DNA from: Ophelia neglecta | Taxonomy: Eukaryota | DNA length: 64,000 nucleotides | Assembly (NCBI GenBank): GCA_965285935.1 | Contig: OZ260667.1 | Location: forward strand, 31,992,001 to 32,056,000 | Reading direction: 5' to 3' | Part shown: positions 14,976 to 28,600 of the stretch, piece by piece | Layout: each line of letters begins with the position of its first letter | Numbering within the stretch: the stretch's first letter is position 1 | Notes under the pieces: model-generated | Told to the model about the DNA's origin: nothing | Database searches by the model: none | The model's input: the letters and a program-made list of their open reading frames with translations, nothing else | Position numbers and translations under genes: made by a program

Positions 14976-17788
14976 GGTTTATCGACCGACTATACTTAAT
15001 GCCATAGGTCCCTTTGGGGCAGAGGCATAAAACTGCATCCTAACAGTTGATACACATTCAACAAAAAGTTCACTTTTCTTCAGTGACCTCACTGCATTGT
15101 TATTTAAACACAAGTATCTAGTATTTAGGCAATGTCTTGTTAATTCTTTATCCAACAATCTTTGGCAGTCTTTTGAGCATTGTTGTTGTGGTTTACTAAA
15201 ATGTCTAAATATCTGCATTGGAGGATTTGGAAACATAATTCTAAGGCCAAGAGTAAAAAAACATTAGCCAATTTTAAACCAAAAACCTTAAAAATATACA
15301 AGTTCTTAAAAAAAAACTATTTATTGTGCTTTTGGTGGAGCTTGCACCCATTTTGCCATTATAACTGAAACTGCTAAGGGTTGTGGCTTGTTGTTGTAAA
15401 TTACCAGTCATTGTCTGCCTGCCAGTTCCCAATGGTATTTGCACCTGTGCAAAAAACACAACAAAGTTTGAGTAAAATTGAGTGGATGTTTAGAAAGAGC
15501 TTGATGGTGATGACAAGCATTTTACCAGAGCAAGTCTGAAATGTCAGCAGTGCCAAGTTGTGTGATTTGTTGCTTGAAAAATGTTTTGTTCAAGCTTGTC
15601 ATTTGTTCATTATTTACTCAGTTATAGTGAGACATAATTTTTTGTCACCGGTGATTTTTCTGTCTTTTTTTGTTTTCTTTTTCTGTAAAGCAACCTCCTA
15701 GTGAGCTTCCACACCTGTCTGAGAACGAGTAACTAAAGGCAAGCTTCAATATCTAAACAACAAAGGTAGATTCAGGGTAGGAATTTAACAACCACCATGG
15801 CCGCCTCTTGTCTGGTCCTTAGGACTTAATACCACCTGGTAAGGTGCTGGAATTCAATTATAAATGAGCAAATATTAGCTTAATAATTTATTCACAATGA
15901 TATATAATTATGGTTTCATTTTGATAACAATTTAGACTCAAGTATTCTTGACTCTCATTATCTTGTTAGAAATTACAATGACAAGACTAGCATTTTCCAA
16001 GCTAGGTAGAGAAATCAGAACACAAGAATTGACGTGTAACTCTACACAAAATTATTACAAGTAGTCATATACTGCCATACATCGGTCCTTAAAACAAATT
16101 GCCACAGAATCATTCATTGGACTCCTGACAACTGCAGCATAGTAGCAGGAGTCACTGGCGTCCTGTAAGTCAGATGTTTGGCTATCGACAGACAGCCATG
16201 CGTGCTTATTGGACGTCTGGTAAACTAAGCTCATTAGAGACCAGTATCTCCACTTTGAAGTCAAATGCACTCTCCTAAAAACAACCAGCTTTTTCAAAAT
16301 ATCAAATTTGCAAAATGTATCAACATTCCTCCTGAGAGGATCAACTTCTGCTAGGGAGTATTTCCAGGAATTCACCGCGTTGCGTTGAAGAAGACTTGCA
16401 GCACCGCGTACCTAGAACAACATCTTTCAAGACTGGTAGCGAGGTGGAGAGCGTCATATTCTTTTCATGCTGTTTTTAATTGGTTGTGATGTTTTATTTC
16501 GGCGAGCCTTTCTTCAATACAGCCTGGAACTTCTCAAAGTTGCCAATAGTTAGTTATTTAGTCATAATTTTCATAATGTAATCTAAAGCTCAGCTATCAA
16601 AATATCAGTTCTGATAAATGCATCATGCACATTATGCATTTTTGAGTTACAGTACAATTTCAAAATTTTTTAGGAATTTATGAATTAATGAATATTTTTA
16701 TTTTCTCATATTATTGAATAAATGTGATACAATGGATGGTGTTCTTGCAATCTATAGACATGTACATGTATGTATCTACATGTTAGAGAAGGGGCCAGAG
16801 AAGCAACCTTATGGAGCTGGCCACCCAAATGTAATGCTCTCTGCCCACAATCCAGGCTGGCCACGTCCCTCACATTTACCAGTGAACCCCTTAAATTTAC
16901 TAATCCCTCTGCTCTTTCACAACATCTTAAATCCCCCACAGGTTCACCAATTTCCCCTTTTATATTTCCTTATGTGACTGTTTTTTTTTTGTCTATATAG
17001 ATGTTGAATAGAGGGAATTCGATCATCTGGGTTATGTGCCTTAAAGGCAAGCCATCTATTCAGGGCACACAAGATCTCAAAAAACTGAACCCCCCCCCCC
17101 CTGCAGTGCTATGGGCAACAGACTAACAGACAACTTGTGATATCTGCCAAAGAGGGGAACAAAGATGAAAAGTCATATTTCAAGAATGTTAATATACCAC
17201 TGAAGTTTGACCACTGAGCTCAGTGGGATGAGGTATCATTTCTACTGCCATTAGAATATCATCATTGAGGCCTGAAGAATGTCAGCTGGGATTGAGCAGA
17301 CTGAATAACCCATCAGTCATAGTCAAATAGGCCCGCCCCCTCCTGCCCCCTCCCGACAAACCCTCGAACTAGAGCCCCGCGAAATCCCAGTAATGTATAC
17401 CACCAAGCAATGTGGGTAACTGACTATGAAATGATAAGGTAAGGGGCCAGAGACAGAAAGGGGACACTTGTGTTCTTGTGAAATTCTTAGAAACGCCCGA
17501 ACTTTCCAATAGTGCTCACTGATAATTAGTGAAGGAACTGACCATGTTTCTATCTGTCTGCTTAATTTGTGATTGAACGTGTACAATTTTATAATGGACT
17601 TCACACCTTTCTAAGTGGCAACCCAGCTTTCAAAAGAAATTGTACACGGAAATAAAAATAATAAAAATAAAAGTGATTGAAAAATACTTCAATGGTGAAC
17701 CCAACCTTCAAGCAAAAGCCAAACAGTCTTAAGAAACGGCACAGCATTTCAGAGAACTCAGGTCTCTAAAGATGCTGACCACCTTTAA

Positions 17789-18391
17789 GGCACTGATGAA
17801 TTTTCAAAAATTACTGTCCAGATTTCTAAAGCACTGCTGAACTATCAAAAATTACTGTCCAGCTTTCTAACGCACTGCTGAACTATCAAAAATTACTGTC
17901 CAACCTTTCAAACACACTGCTGAACTTCCAAAAATTACTGTCCATTTTATCTAAGGCACTGCTGAACTATCAAAAATTACTATCCAGCTTTCTAACGCAC
18001 TGCTGAACTATCAAAAATTACTGTCCAGCTATCAAACACACTGCTAAACTTTCAAAAATTACTGTCCAGCTTTCTAAGGCCCTGCTGAACTATCAAAAAT
18101 TACTATTTAGCTTTCTAACACACTGCTGAACTATCAAAATTACTGTCCAGCTTTCAAACACAATGCTGAACTTTCAAAAATTACTGTCCAGCTTTCTAAG
18201 GCACTGCTGAACTATCAAAAATTACTATCCAGCTTTCTAAGGTTCTGCAGAACTTTCAAAAATTATTGTCCAGCTTTATAAGGCACTGCTGAACTATCAA
18301 AAATTACTGCCCAACTTTCTAAGGCATTACATAACTTTCAAAAATGATTGTCCAGCTTTCTAAAGCACTGCTGAACTGTCAAAAAATACTA
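17789..18391. repeat. Minisatellite, ~14-15 copies of a 41-bp unit (left part; continues after the MITE)
   Basis: GCACTGCTGAACTATCAAAAATTACTGTCCAGCTTTCTAAG unit, e.g. at 17831 and 17872. Confidence 0.95.
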
Positions 18392-19395
18392 CTGTATATT
18401 CTGTTATATAAGACTACCGTGCAAAAAAGGACGCACCCCTTGTTTGAAGATAACTTGGGCCCTTTTCTCGGAGCTGAAATATGTTCTTAAAACCCCTTAA
18501 TTAAAGTCGCACCGCTTTTCTTGGAGGCACTAAGTGCGTATGGCTTGGTACCTGATATGATTTGGCGCGCAGGGACGCAGTACTCGTAGTAAACAAACTC
18601 TGTCACAAACATTCCCGGAACAAGTGCTAGACTAGCCTCTAAAGCTACGGCCAGCGTGCATTCACAAGAAATACGTGTTAGATTGGTCTTTGAAGTCTGT
18701 CGATTGCGTATCACCGGCGCCGGCCTAGGCCCCAATTGTTAACAAAAAACTGTGAAAGTTCCCATAGGTGTAAGATTTTGTTATCGTATGATGCCAATTG
18801 AGAAGATGGGATTTGCAATAAAAACCGGGACAGAAATGACTGTTCTTCACTCGCTCTCGAGATTCCCTTAGTACATTCGTATTTTGTTTTTGTTTTTGGG
18901 TTGATTTGTAATAAAACTTGAACTTGGTATCCGTGTCTAGTCTTCCTTATCAGTACTAGTAGTATAAATAGAATGAGTTCTGCTCAGTGTTAACTTGCCT
19001 TTCATATAGATGGCGTCACCAGATAGTGCTGAAAAATACTAGTACTTCCTGTTGTGTTTAAAGCCATGCAAACGAAGTAATGATTATGCTAGTGAATATA
19101 TTTGTTCGTTTAAAAGGAATTGCCATTCAAAAACCAAATACTGGTAAATATGTTATCTCACAATTAACCTGTCATTTATTAGAAATCAGATTATATCGAC
19201 AATCATCATATTTGGTTAAACGCCTATTTTTGCCCATTAAAGTTCTGCATGAATTCTGCCCACCCATCGAGTTTTCGTGAAAATTCTCAGTAATACCATC
19301 TATTACAAGACGCAACCCTTATTTTCTGCTAGATTTTAGGCTTCTAGTCCATCTGAAATTGCCAAAAAACGCGTCTTGTATAGCAGAATGTACGG
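18392..19395. mobile_element. Non-autonomous DNA transposon (MITE), Tc1/mariner-pogo-like, TA target-site duplication
   Basis: Left end TA-CTGTATATTCTGTTATATAAGAC; right end reverse-complemented TA-CCGTACATTCTGCTATACAAGAC (4 C/T mismatches in 23 bp); TA at 18390-91 and 19396-97; subterminal GACGCA(A)CCCTT copies at ~18430 and ~19308; CpG-rich relative to flanks; no recognisable transposase ORF. Confidence 0.85.
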
Positions 19396-19397
19396 TA

Positions 19398-19451
19398 ACC
19401 AGCTTTCTAAGGCATTGCTGAACCATGAACAGTTACTGCCCAGGTTTCTAG
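19398..19451. repeat. Right-hand remainder of the 41-bp minisatellite
   Basis: CCAGCTTTCTAAGGCATTGCTGAAC... resumes the unit where the MITE interrupted it. Confidence 0.85.
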
Positions 19452-21173
19452 CCAGATTTTCAACATGAAGTTGCATACCTCAATCAATTTAAGAGCCTGA
19501 TTGAGTTCCTAAGGGCTGGTTGCACAGGTCATGCTTTTTTGTTGGACTGACCAACTTCCAACAGGACTACCAGTGTGCATACTTAGCTAACATACACATA
19601 ATTAGGGGACCACTGCAATGCTGCCTATGGTCACTGCAATGAAGGCAGCTAAACTTTAAAAAACATCCATCTTTCGATGAAGACATTCACACTTGAGTTT
19701 GGGGTTTGATTGTATCATTTGTATTATCACTCTGTCTATATACTCATATGAAGAGCTGGGCAAAGACCAAACTGACAGTTTTTATCAATTTTACTGCATT
19801 AACAGTAAGTACAGCAGTAGAAGTGCACTCAACCAAGACAAAGGCACCCAGGCCAATCAGAAACGTGTACAGAAAGCAGCCATGACCTGTAGGAATTGAT
19901 TCACAGGTCAGGGCTTCAAGGTCAGTGATCCTACAACTGGTAGCAGACTCACCAGCTATCTACTATACAGGCTACCAAACCTCAAACTAGCAGAAGGTAT
20001 GGCTCTCCCTGGGCCAAAAACTGTATCTAATTACAGGCAAGTCATAAATGTCATCATAAAAACCAGTCTAACGACTCTAAAAAGTAACCTGGTCAACATG
20101 GTGGGGAAAATAAACAGTAAAGTATACATAAAAGTTTTTCTGGTCACATTTTTGGTGGAACTTATGTCAATGGTGGCTATTTGATTCACATTTTTATCTG
20201 AATTGGAGCCATGTAGAAGAAATAAACTACTTAAATCAGGAATAGCATTAACAAGGTGCTTGAAATAATGTTACTCAACCCGATGTCTAACAGATCCTTA
20301 TAGTTTGAAGGCTGAAAACATGCCAACTGGTTCATGTACCAAAAGATTTCAAGATATAAATGTCCCGAGAAGGTTTAATGTGTGTAAATCAGCTGCTGTG
20401 TGAAAAAATATCTGTCGAAAACTCAGAAGGTTTACTCAAAGCTGATGTGTGAGGCTCGAATGTTAGAAATTGTCATATGTTCATGCCTTAGGCACAATGC
20501 CACTTTCTTTTCTTTATTCTGCATGATTTATACACATTAAGTAAATATTGGTTATTTTACCAGGACAATTAAACAGTCCATGAAGCCAATAACCTAACCT
20601 AACAATTTGGCAAATAAGGCTGAAGTTTTGCCTCATTTCTTTCACTGCAAACCTACATCATTTTTTTTAACAGTCCCACTCCCATTTCACTTATAATATT
20701 TTAAGTGTGAATTAAGTGGAGGGGGGGGGGGGGGCGGGTAAAAAATTGGTACTCACACAAGAAATCTTGCACTCACTTTAAGAGAATAATGAGGTTTACT
20801 GGTAAGACATGAGCCCAGTGATGGAATCTCTACATCTACACGTACTAAGCTTGACAGACACAATCAAATTTTAATTTGTATTGGAAGTGAAGCATCATTT
20901 ATAAAAAGTCTATCTGCCCCAGCCGAAAAACCCCTTAGCTTTCACAGAATCAAGCCAAATCAGCCTGCAGCTTGTGGTTGTCGGCACAATGCTTCAATAG
21001 GGGCCAAAGCATCCTACCAATCTAAACCCTGGGGGGGGGGGGAGGGGTCTGTCCCCACTTTACAAGGGTATTAAGGGTATGGAGTTCTTTGTTTCGTCAT
21101 AAAATGAGATGCATACCGGTATTCATGGTGCATGCAAATTTAATTAAATACATGTTGGTGCATTAGTATGTAC

Positions 21174-22283
21174 AACTAGGCCAACGCTGTCGGGGGGCCG
21201 ACAGCAAGGGGTATATCCGCGAATGCGTGCAATAATCGAATGGGGAACATGGCATAAGGCGAGGTAGTGAATATGGTAGTTTTCAGTTGGCACAAGATAA
21301 CGACCTAACTAATTTTTGTTCAGGTCATTAATAAAGTTAAACTAGTTAACTTATTACACAGTACTAGTTAACTTATTACACATATTGTAGTAGGTTCTAT
21401 TTGACCTCAATAATAATGCAGGTCATTCTTAAAGTTGGTGTCATATAACCTCAATAATAGTGCAAAACGACCCTAACTAATTTTTTTTCAGGTCATTAAT
21501 AAAGTGAACTAGTGAACTTATTAGTAGGTTCCATAAGACCTCAATAATAATGTAAAACGACCTTAACTAAAAAAAATTCAGGTCATTAATAAAGTTAACT
21601 AGTTAACTTATTACACACATTGTAGTAGGTTCCATATGACCTCAATAATAATGAAAAACTGCCTAAACTAATTTTTTTTCAGGTCATTAATAAAGTTAAC
21701 TAGTTAACTTATTACACAGTACTAGTTAACTTGTTACACAGATTGTAGTAGCTTCTATATAACCTCAATAATAAGGCAGGTCATTAATAAAGTTGGTTCC
21801 ATATGACCTCAAGAATAATGCAAAACCACCTTAACTAATTTTTTTTCAGGTCATTAATAAAGTTAACTAGTTAACTTATTACACAGATTGTATATAGTTA
21901 TTACATGAATCATGACACAAAACTTCAAGCCAATATCATCTATACTTTGGAATATATAATAAAAAATATGTTTTTGACATAATTAATTAATTATTTAAAC
22001 TAATTAATAATTATCAAAATTTAACCAGAATAAATACAGGTATTCCTCTCAATAAGGTCTATGGCTGTGTCAAATTAGAAAAAGATGTATAAAATATTTT
22101 TTGTTTTATTGCAGAAAATGCGTTTCTGACGTAATTAATTAATTTTTTTTACTAATTAATAATTATTGGATTTTCACCAGAATCTAATCAGTTCCTCCTC
22201 TCAATAAGGTCTATGGCTGTGTTGAATTTTAAAAAGATGTACGAAATGGTTTTTGAGTTATCGCGTTAACGACTAAAATCTGC

Positions 22284-22339
<56 letters not shown>

Positions 22340-22376
22340 TGCTGAAAACATAATATCCGCATTTCGCGGATATAAT
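21174..22376 (-). mobile_element. Helentron-associated non-autonomous element (HINE/DINE-1-like) with internal tandem repeats and (GCC)n microsatellite
   Basis: Sub-terminal inverted repeats TATATCCGCGAA (21212-21223) / TTCGCGGATATA (22363-22374); adjacent short IR ATATCCGC (22353-22360); hairpin GCTGTCGG-GGGG-CCGACAGC (21186-21205); minus-strand 3' end ...CCTAGTT; (GGC)n at 22283-22338. Confidence 0.85.
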
Positions 22377-25300
22377 TAGATGTACAAATATAACAAACTG
22401 ATGAGGACACAAAGAACTAGACCAAGTTCCTTCTTTTGGGATTCACAATGTTATTAGTTGGCTTTTCAATTTATAGTGCCCCTTGATTAGTCAGAACTGA
22501 GGGCTATACTTTCAATGCTACTTTTTAAGTGCCCATGAAAACTGTGGTCTTGTCCAGATACACATGTAGCTATTGCCTATGTACTCACCACCAGGGTACC
22601 CCAGTAAACCATGATTCATATCATTAGCCACAGAGCATTCCTGGAGAAATGACATTGTAGTGATCCCTAGCAACAGGATACAGATATACAGATAGGATGC
22701 ATTACAAGTAGAGGAGGGGCATGACTCTTTTTTTTTTGGGGGGGGGGGGATGGCAACCATGGTAAGGGTGTGGGATGGGTGTCTCCTGAGGCCTGGCGGC
22801 TGACCCAAATACCCACTTAGAGGAGACTCCTCACACAGGGAAGCCAGGGGACTGGCCCAAATCCCACTGGGAGGAGACACTCACAAGAGCAAATTAGGGA
22901 AGAAAATTAAAAACTATGACCTCCATGAGCCCAAACCCCTAGGGTGCCCCCCCCCCTCCCTCCACCACCTGACCTCTAATCATCTTCTAGTGTAAAACTC
23001 AAATTCTACCCTTCACAATCCATCCCTGAGTGTGTGTGGGGGGGGGGGAGGGGATGGGAGGCTTGACATGAGCATGCACGTTGCTTGATACTGCAGTTCT
23101 TTGTAACTAAATCTAGGCAAGGCACTGTATCTATGATATCTGCCTATCAGTAGACTAATTAGTCCTGATAATTAACTCAATGCCTCTGAAATTATCAAAA
23201 TTCTCCATTTATCACTACTAACCATAGCTGGAATTGATTTTACACTTATGGTGCTACCAGCCCAACTTTAACAGTCCAACAAAAATAATATGTTTCTTTG
23301 TACAAAGAATTGGTGGTTTTCTTCTATTATCAGTTTAGTATCCAGGGCAATGTTCTGAGAGTCCCCAGCCATGACAAAATTAGGCTTTCGTGGAAAGAAA
23401 ACTGAACATTTAGGCCACAAGGGGAATAATTAGTACCACTCTACCAGATATAGGACAAAATGTACTCTACATGTTTCGACAACATTTTCTGACAAAAAAA
23501 GACATAAAAAAGAGAACTATACTTTGAGATCACAAGACTATATTAATAATTCTTGGTACACACTATAATTCATGGTGCTACTTGATTTGGAATGTATTGG
23601 AGTGAAACAGAGAGAGAGACTCAATGAATCGTCAAAAAATGTAAGTACCAGATATGATTTTATAAGGGCCTGCATTGAGTGGTTATTGTCATGTGTAAAT
23701 CTAAATTGAACTTAGTTATTTTCATAAACACACTGAAAATCAATCATACCTCAATTAATAAAATAGTAGCCACATTCTTTGAGGACATAATTTTTAAAGA
23801 TCTCTTTTGCTCTGCCATTTCAATGAACTAATATAGGTTCTTGATTATGTTTAATCATCTGTAAATCTGCCATTTTTTTTCTTAAAATACTTAACTATAC
23901 TTTAAACAAATAATTCAACCATCTTCATTAATTAGGAGAAATGTTTCAGATTATCCGATAATGAAAGAAACATTTACTGATTTACCAGATCTCAACTGCC
24001 ATCAGGAAGCTGATTAAAAAACCCCCGTTTTCACCCCTTCCTCACAACCACACTCTCACCCGTCCCCTAAACCCCTTCCTATCAATGTAGATCTCCAACC
24101 ACCAGACGCCACTGTGGTAAAATTAGAACTGGGCAGACACAATCAACGGTGGGTAAAGGTTTTTAGGACTGCTCTTTAGGCCCCCTTGTAACATCCTACA
24201 TGTGCACATACCAGAGAGTTATGTCGGAGAAAAATGAACCCATGGAAAAATATGAGACGGCACACTGCCTGTCTTATATCATATGTCATATATAATAACT
24301 GAGGTTAGTTTGCGGCCTACTAAGTATACAGGAAAAGGTAAGTAGACATGCAACAATGCGAAAGGGGGGGGGGAGGTACAATTTGGGAAAATGTCCCATT
24401 AATAATGCTGTTTAATTTATGTCAATTAATTACTTCTAGCAACAAACAACCTCTAACAATTTTTGAAATTTTCCAAATAGGCGTAACACTGATATTCATG
24501 AATCACATTCTTAATATTTTCAACCAATGAAAATCAGCAGTTTACTCTGGCCATTTTGCGTATGAAGATTCAATGCAATTTAACAGCTACCAGAACTGAT
24601 GCTACATAAATTCTATTAGAAATGTGTTAAAATAGGGCTTAAAGAGATAAATCAATGGTATGATTAGTTAGAAGAAGTATTAATATACAGAATAGGAACA
24701 GTAGTTATTAATTCTGATGTAAGGTGGCGCTAGCAAAGCATGTAATACATGGGTCATTCCAAAACAAGTCGATAGCTACTTCGGTTACAATTTGGCAGCC
24801 TTTGACTTTTTTGGCCAATAGAATCTGAAATAAACCCCGTAAGCTCCAGGCCATAGACACGTTCTAAACGTTCGATCAAGAAATGTAAACAGTTGAAAAT
24901 ATCAAAAATGTGATCCATGAATATTGGTATTATGACTATTTGGAAAGTTTCTAAAATTGCTGCAAAATTTTGTTGCTAAAGTAATTGACAAACTAATGAG
25001 GAGGGACCGTAAAATAGCCTCTCCCTTTTTGTTTAATCCTAATAAATATGGAATGTTTTTCCTTCATACTGGACAAGAATAAAAATGAAAGCCATTTTGG
25101 GTTATTATTGTTATACTCTTAATGCTCTTCTTTATCTCTAGGACCAAAAGAAAAAAATGTGTGTGGTTTTCCAGGTCAAAAGTCAGTTTTTGGATCTGTC
25201 ATCCTTTTTTTGTCATTTGTCCATCCATTTCTTTAACATTACTTTTTTTTATAGCCCAACTATACACTATGCTTACTTGTTCACTGTAATTTGTTGTTAG

Positions 25301-25551
25301 TTAGATAGTTTTGTTTTGATACATTTCAGGAAGGAATATATAACAAGATTAAATCATAAAATAATCCGTTAAGGCATATACCAAGGGCCGAGGTCCTCAA
25401 AAATATAGAATGTGACTTTGGTCAAATATGAGCAGTAGCCATTACTGGTAGTCTGGCTCTCTTCAATTCTATAAAATTGAAAGGAGAGGTATGATACAAA
25501 GCGAGGGCCATTTTATGAGGTATATAAAAGTACTATGAGCTTGGTACTGAC

Positions 25552-25657
25552 CTGTTTGTTCCATGTGACCCCAGTGGTGTGGTACTGTTTGATGTAGGCC
25601 TGAATCTCTCCCAAAGTCTGTAGCCAGGCCTTCACCCAATCAACATGAGTGGCATCC
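25552..25657 (-). CDS. CAP: CAP coding exon 7 (end of helical folded domain): (K)DATHVDWVKAWLQTLGEIQAYIKQYHTTGVTWNKQ
   Basis: Recognisable CAP HVDWVK..HTTG.W motif; acceptor atttcag, donor gtcagt; phase 2 to 0; 106 nt. Confidence 0.95.
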
Positions 25658-28600
25658 CTGAAATCACAATCAAACACTGTCAAAAAGGAAATTTTGGTGC
25701 ATGAAATTTTCTCGGAAAGGGCTACCTTAATTTTTGGCTCATGTTCACAGAGGTAAATCTGATTCATTGCGGTCCTGTTATGATGAATGCTGTCCATGTC
25801 TCAACAACCACCGGGCACAACAACTCCCCTTACAAATATTGATAATAATGACAAGGCACATATCAGGAGATTTAACATGAATAAAAAGAACAAAAATAAT
25901 TGGGATTATTCTAGTTGGCCTCAAATGTAGAATATGAGAAACTACAGTAATAAATCACTGACAGCATCTAGAAAGTTTCTATCTAACACCACATATACAG
26001 AACCACATACGTTTATCAGGATATACAGCATTAGATAACTGGGGGCTTTTTCAGAAGATTTTTTCACAAGTTTGTTGGTTTTATTTGGAAAGAGAAAACA
26101 GTTTTTTTTCCAACCAAAAAATGTTTGGGCCACAGTAAGTAGAAATGTTGTTTTGCTGCAAAATAAATAGTTTGTTGCTTCAATCATGTAAAAAAATATT
26201 AATGTTTACGATAATTGTTGATATAAAAATAGGTTTGTTTGAAAGTAATCTTATAGGCCCCCTCAATTTATGTCATGGTGTATTTCAAAGAAACTGCCAT
26301 GTATTTCAACCACCCAGCAGCAAATGAAGATTGGATCATGGTTACTACGATGACAGATCTGCTTACTCGGTTTTTTAGATACGCAATGAAAATGCAATGA
26401 TTCTGTCGCAAAGTGAGTAAATCTCTCAAATTTAGCGTACATATTCCTAAATTACCCACATACGGCCACCAATAGTTGCCTGAGTTTCCCTCCAGTAGAT
26501 ATAGTTATCAAATTTATAGAGTGCCCTATCTATAGCTTGGCAGTTTACCTTGCATAGTAAATAAATATCTTAGGGGGTTGGCTTGTTTTTAATGTATTAT
26601 ATGCCCTTTTGTACTAAGCACTGTGAAGTAGAGGCAAAGTGTGGGCATGTTGACAGACCGACCAGCAAAACTGAAGGGCACTTCTCAGATCCTTGTGGCA
26701 TGAACTCTACCACTGCTCATCGGCATGTATGTTTATTAGGACAGCACAGCACATTAAATTTGCATCCAGGATAGCGGTCTAGATATTTCTAGGTCCATGA
26801 GTAGCATGCCTGGATGTGGGTGGTCATACCGAGGTGGAAATAACCAGTAAGAAAATTACGCTAATGCTGACATATGATGCTACACAATATGTGAGAAGTA
26901 AAATTACAAATTTTGTTAAAAAACAATTCTATCCTGTGTGAAGTTTTAAATTAAATAACGGCATAGAAGGGGAGTGATGATATTTATTTGTACCAGCAGC
27001 ACATTATTCTGAAGGTTCAAATAGATTCTGTGCATTTCTCCTACTAAAGATATCAACAATTCGTAATGTAAATCAGCAATAGAATATCATTTAACAAGCT
27101 TGTTTCTAATTATATGATATAGTGAAAATTCAAACTGACAACATTAGCACCCTAGTAAAACTAAGAAGTCAGGGCAATGTCCTATCATTAAAGCAACAGC
27201 TGGTGGACGTACCAGAAAAAAATGTTTTACTTTTCATCACAACAAGGTCAAGACAGCAGTATACTTTGTGGCATCTTCAAATCATCCGACAACTTACTCT
27301 TACAGAGTCTTAATTTACAAGATTATCCATCTAAATGCTCTTCACCGCCTATAAAAACTTGGTCTCCAGAGCTAAATAAATCCCAAAATGCACTTGTGTT
27401 CTTAAGTTGTTTCTGCCTTGGCTTTCAGCAGTTCCATAAATACATATAACTATGCTCACCCCCTCCCTGCTGGTTCACCCTTGTTCCGAGAAACATGATA
27501 TAGTGGAGTACTAATTTAATAAACCACATGCTTTTTTAGCATAAGGTCTATGGCACTTAATTGCAAGTTAAGTCACTGGTTTACAATGAGAGCAATATTT
27601 TAAATGAAGGCGCATAAAATCTGCTTAGAAGCTTACTGTTTCAGTTGGGGGGTAGCCGAGGATGCCTTCAGACAGAGGGACAGTGGTGCACCTTTGTTAT
27701 ATAGTACAACAGACTTGTGACATGCCTATTTGTATACAGACATATCAATAATTACTTTAATTTTAATTTGGCTTCCAATATCTTAGTAAAGTCAAAAGAA
27801 CACAGAGGTGAGCAATGTGGTTTCTAATCTACATATAACAAACTATGACAGCTAAATCAACAACGTGCATCAAATCTAGACAGGTTCCCATGAAAGAGTC
27901 ACAAAATAACCTTTTACAATCAATGTATCTGAAATAAGAAGTGTTCCATCATAAAATTGCACCCAAAAAAATCAGTAAACTGCCTGGTACCCTACTGCAC
28001 AAGTTGATTTTTTTGCATGTTTACATGTAAAAACAGTTCTAGCACTCCATACATTAAGAGTGACATATAAACATGATAAATCTTTTTGCCACAGAAATCA
28101 ACAGGCCGGAACCCTCCTGGAAGATGATAAACAGTTCCTTGTTATCACGCAACAAGTTATTGTCACTGAACCACACTCAGTCCAAAAGTCTGCCTGTACT
28201 TGAAAGGTACTATACATGTATAAACCTGTATAAAACTTGTCCTTCATCCTTAATCATCATGGATAGTCTGATAACCTACAAGTACTGTTATATTAGGTGG
28301 TCAGTCTGTTAGTAATTTACTGACAATCTTTCCTTAATTTTGATTTGTACCTTGCAGGGTCGGGGATGATGCCTTGAAGCAGAAGGTTTGAATGATAATT
28401 CACAGAGAAAGGTTTTTATAACATCTCAAACTAAAATATTTGTGCTGATTTATGCCCGACCACTTACCAAATAAGGCAGATCGCAATGCATGCCCCCTTC
28501 CCCCCCCCCCCTTACCCACAGCCGCATAAACACAACTATGAAAAGGGATAAAAAATTAAAGCCAGGGCAATCTGTCTGCCGACTGCAACAATTGGAAGCC

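Noticed and set aside
17789-18391. CRISPR-like array
   Set aside because: Head-to-tail repeats without unique spacers, in eukaryotic intronic DNA
22283-22338. (CCG)n on the minus strand as the CAP polyproline exon
   Set aside because: It is the microsatellite inside the HINE, bounded by element termini, with no CAP-like flanking residues
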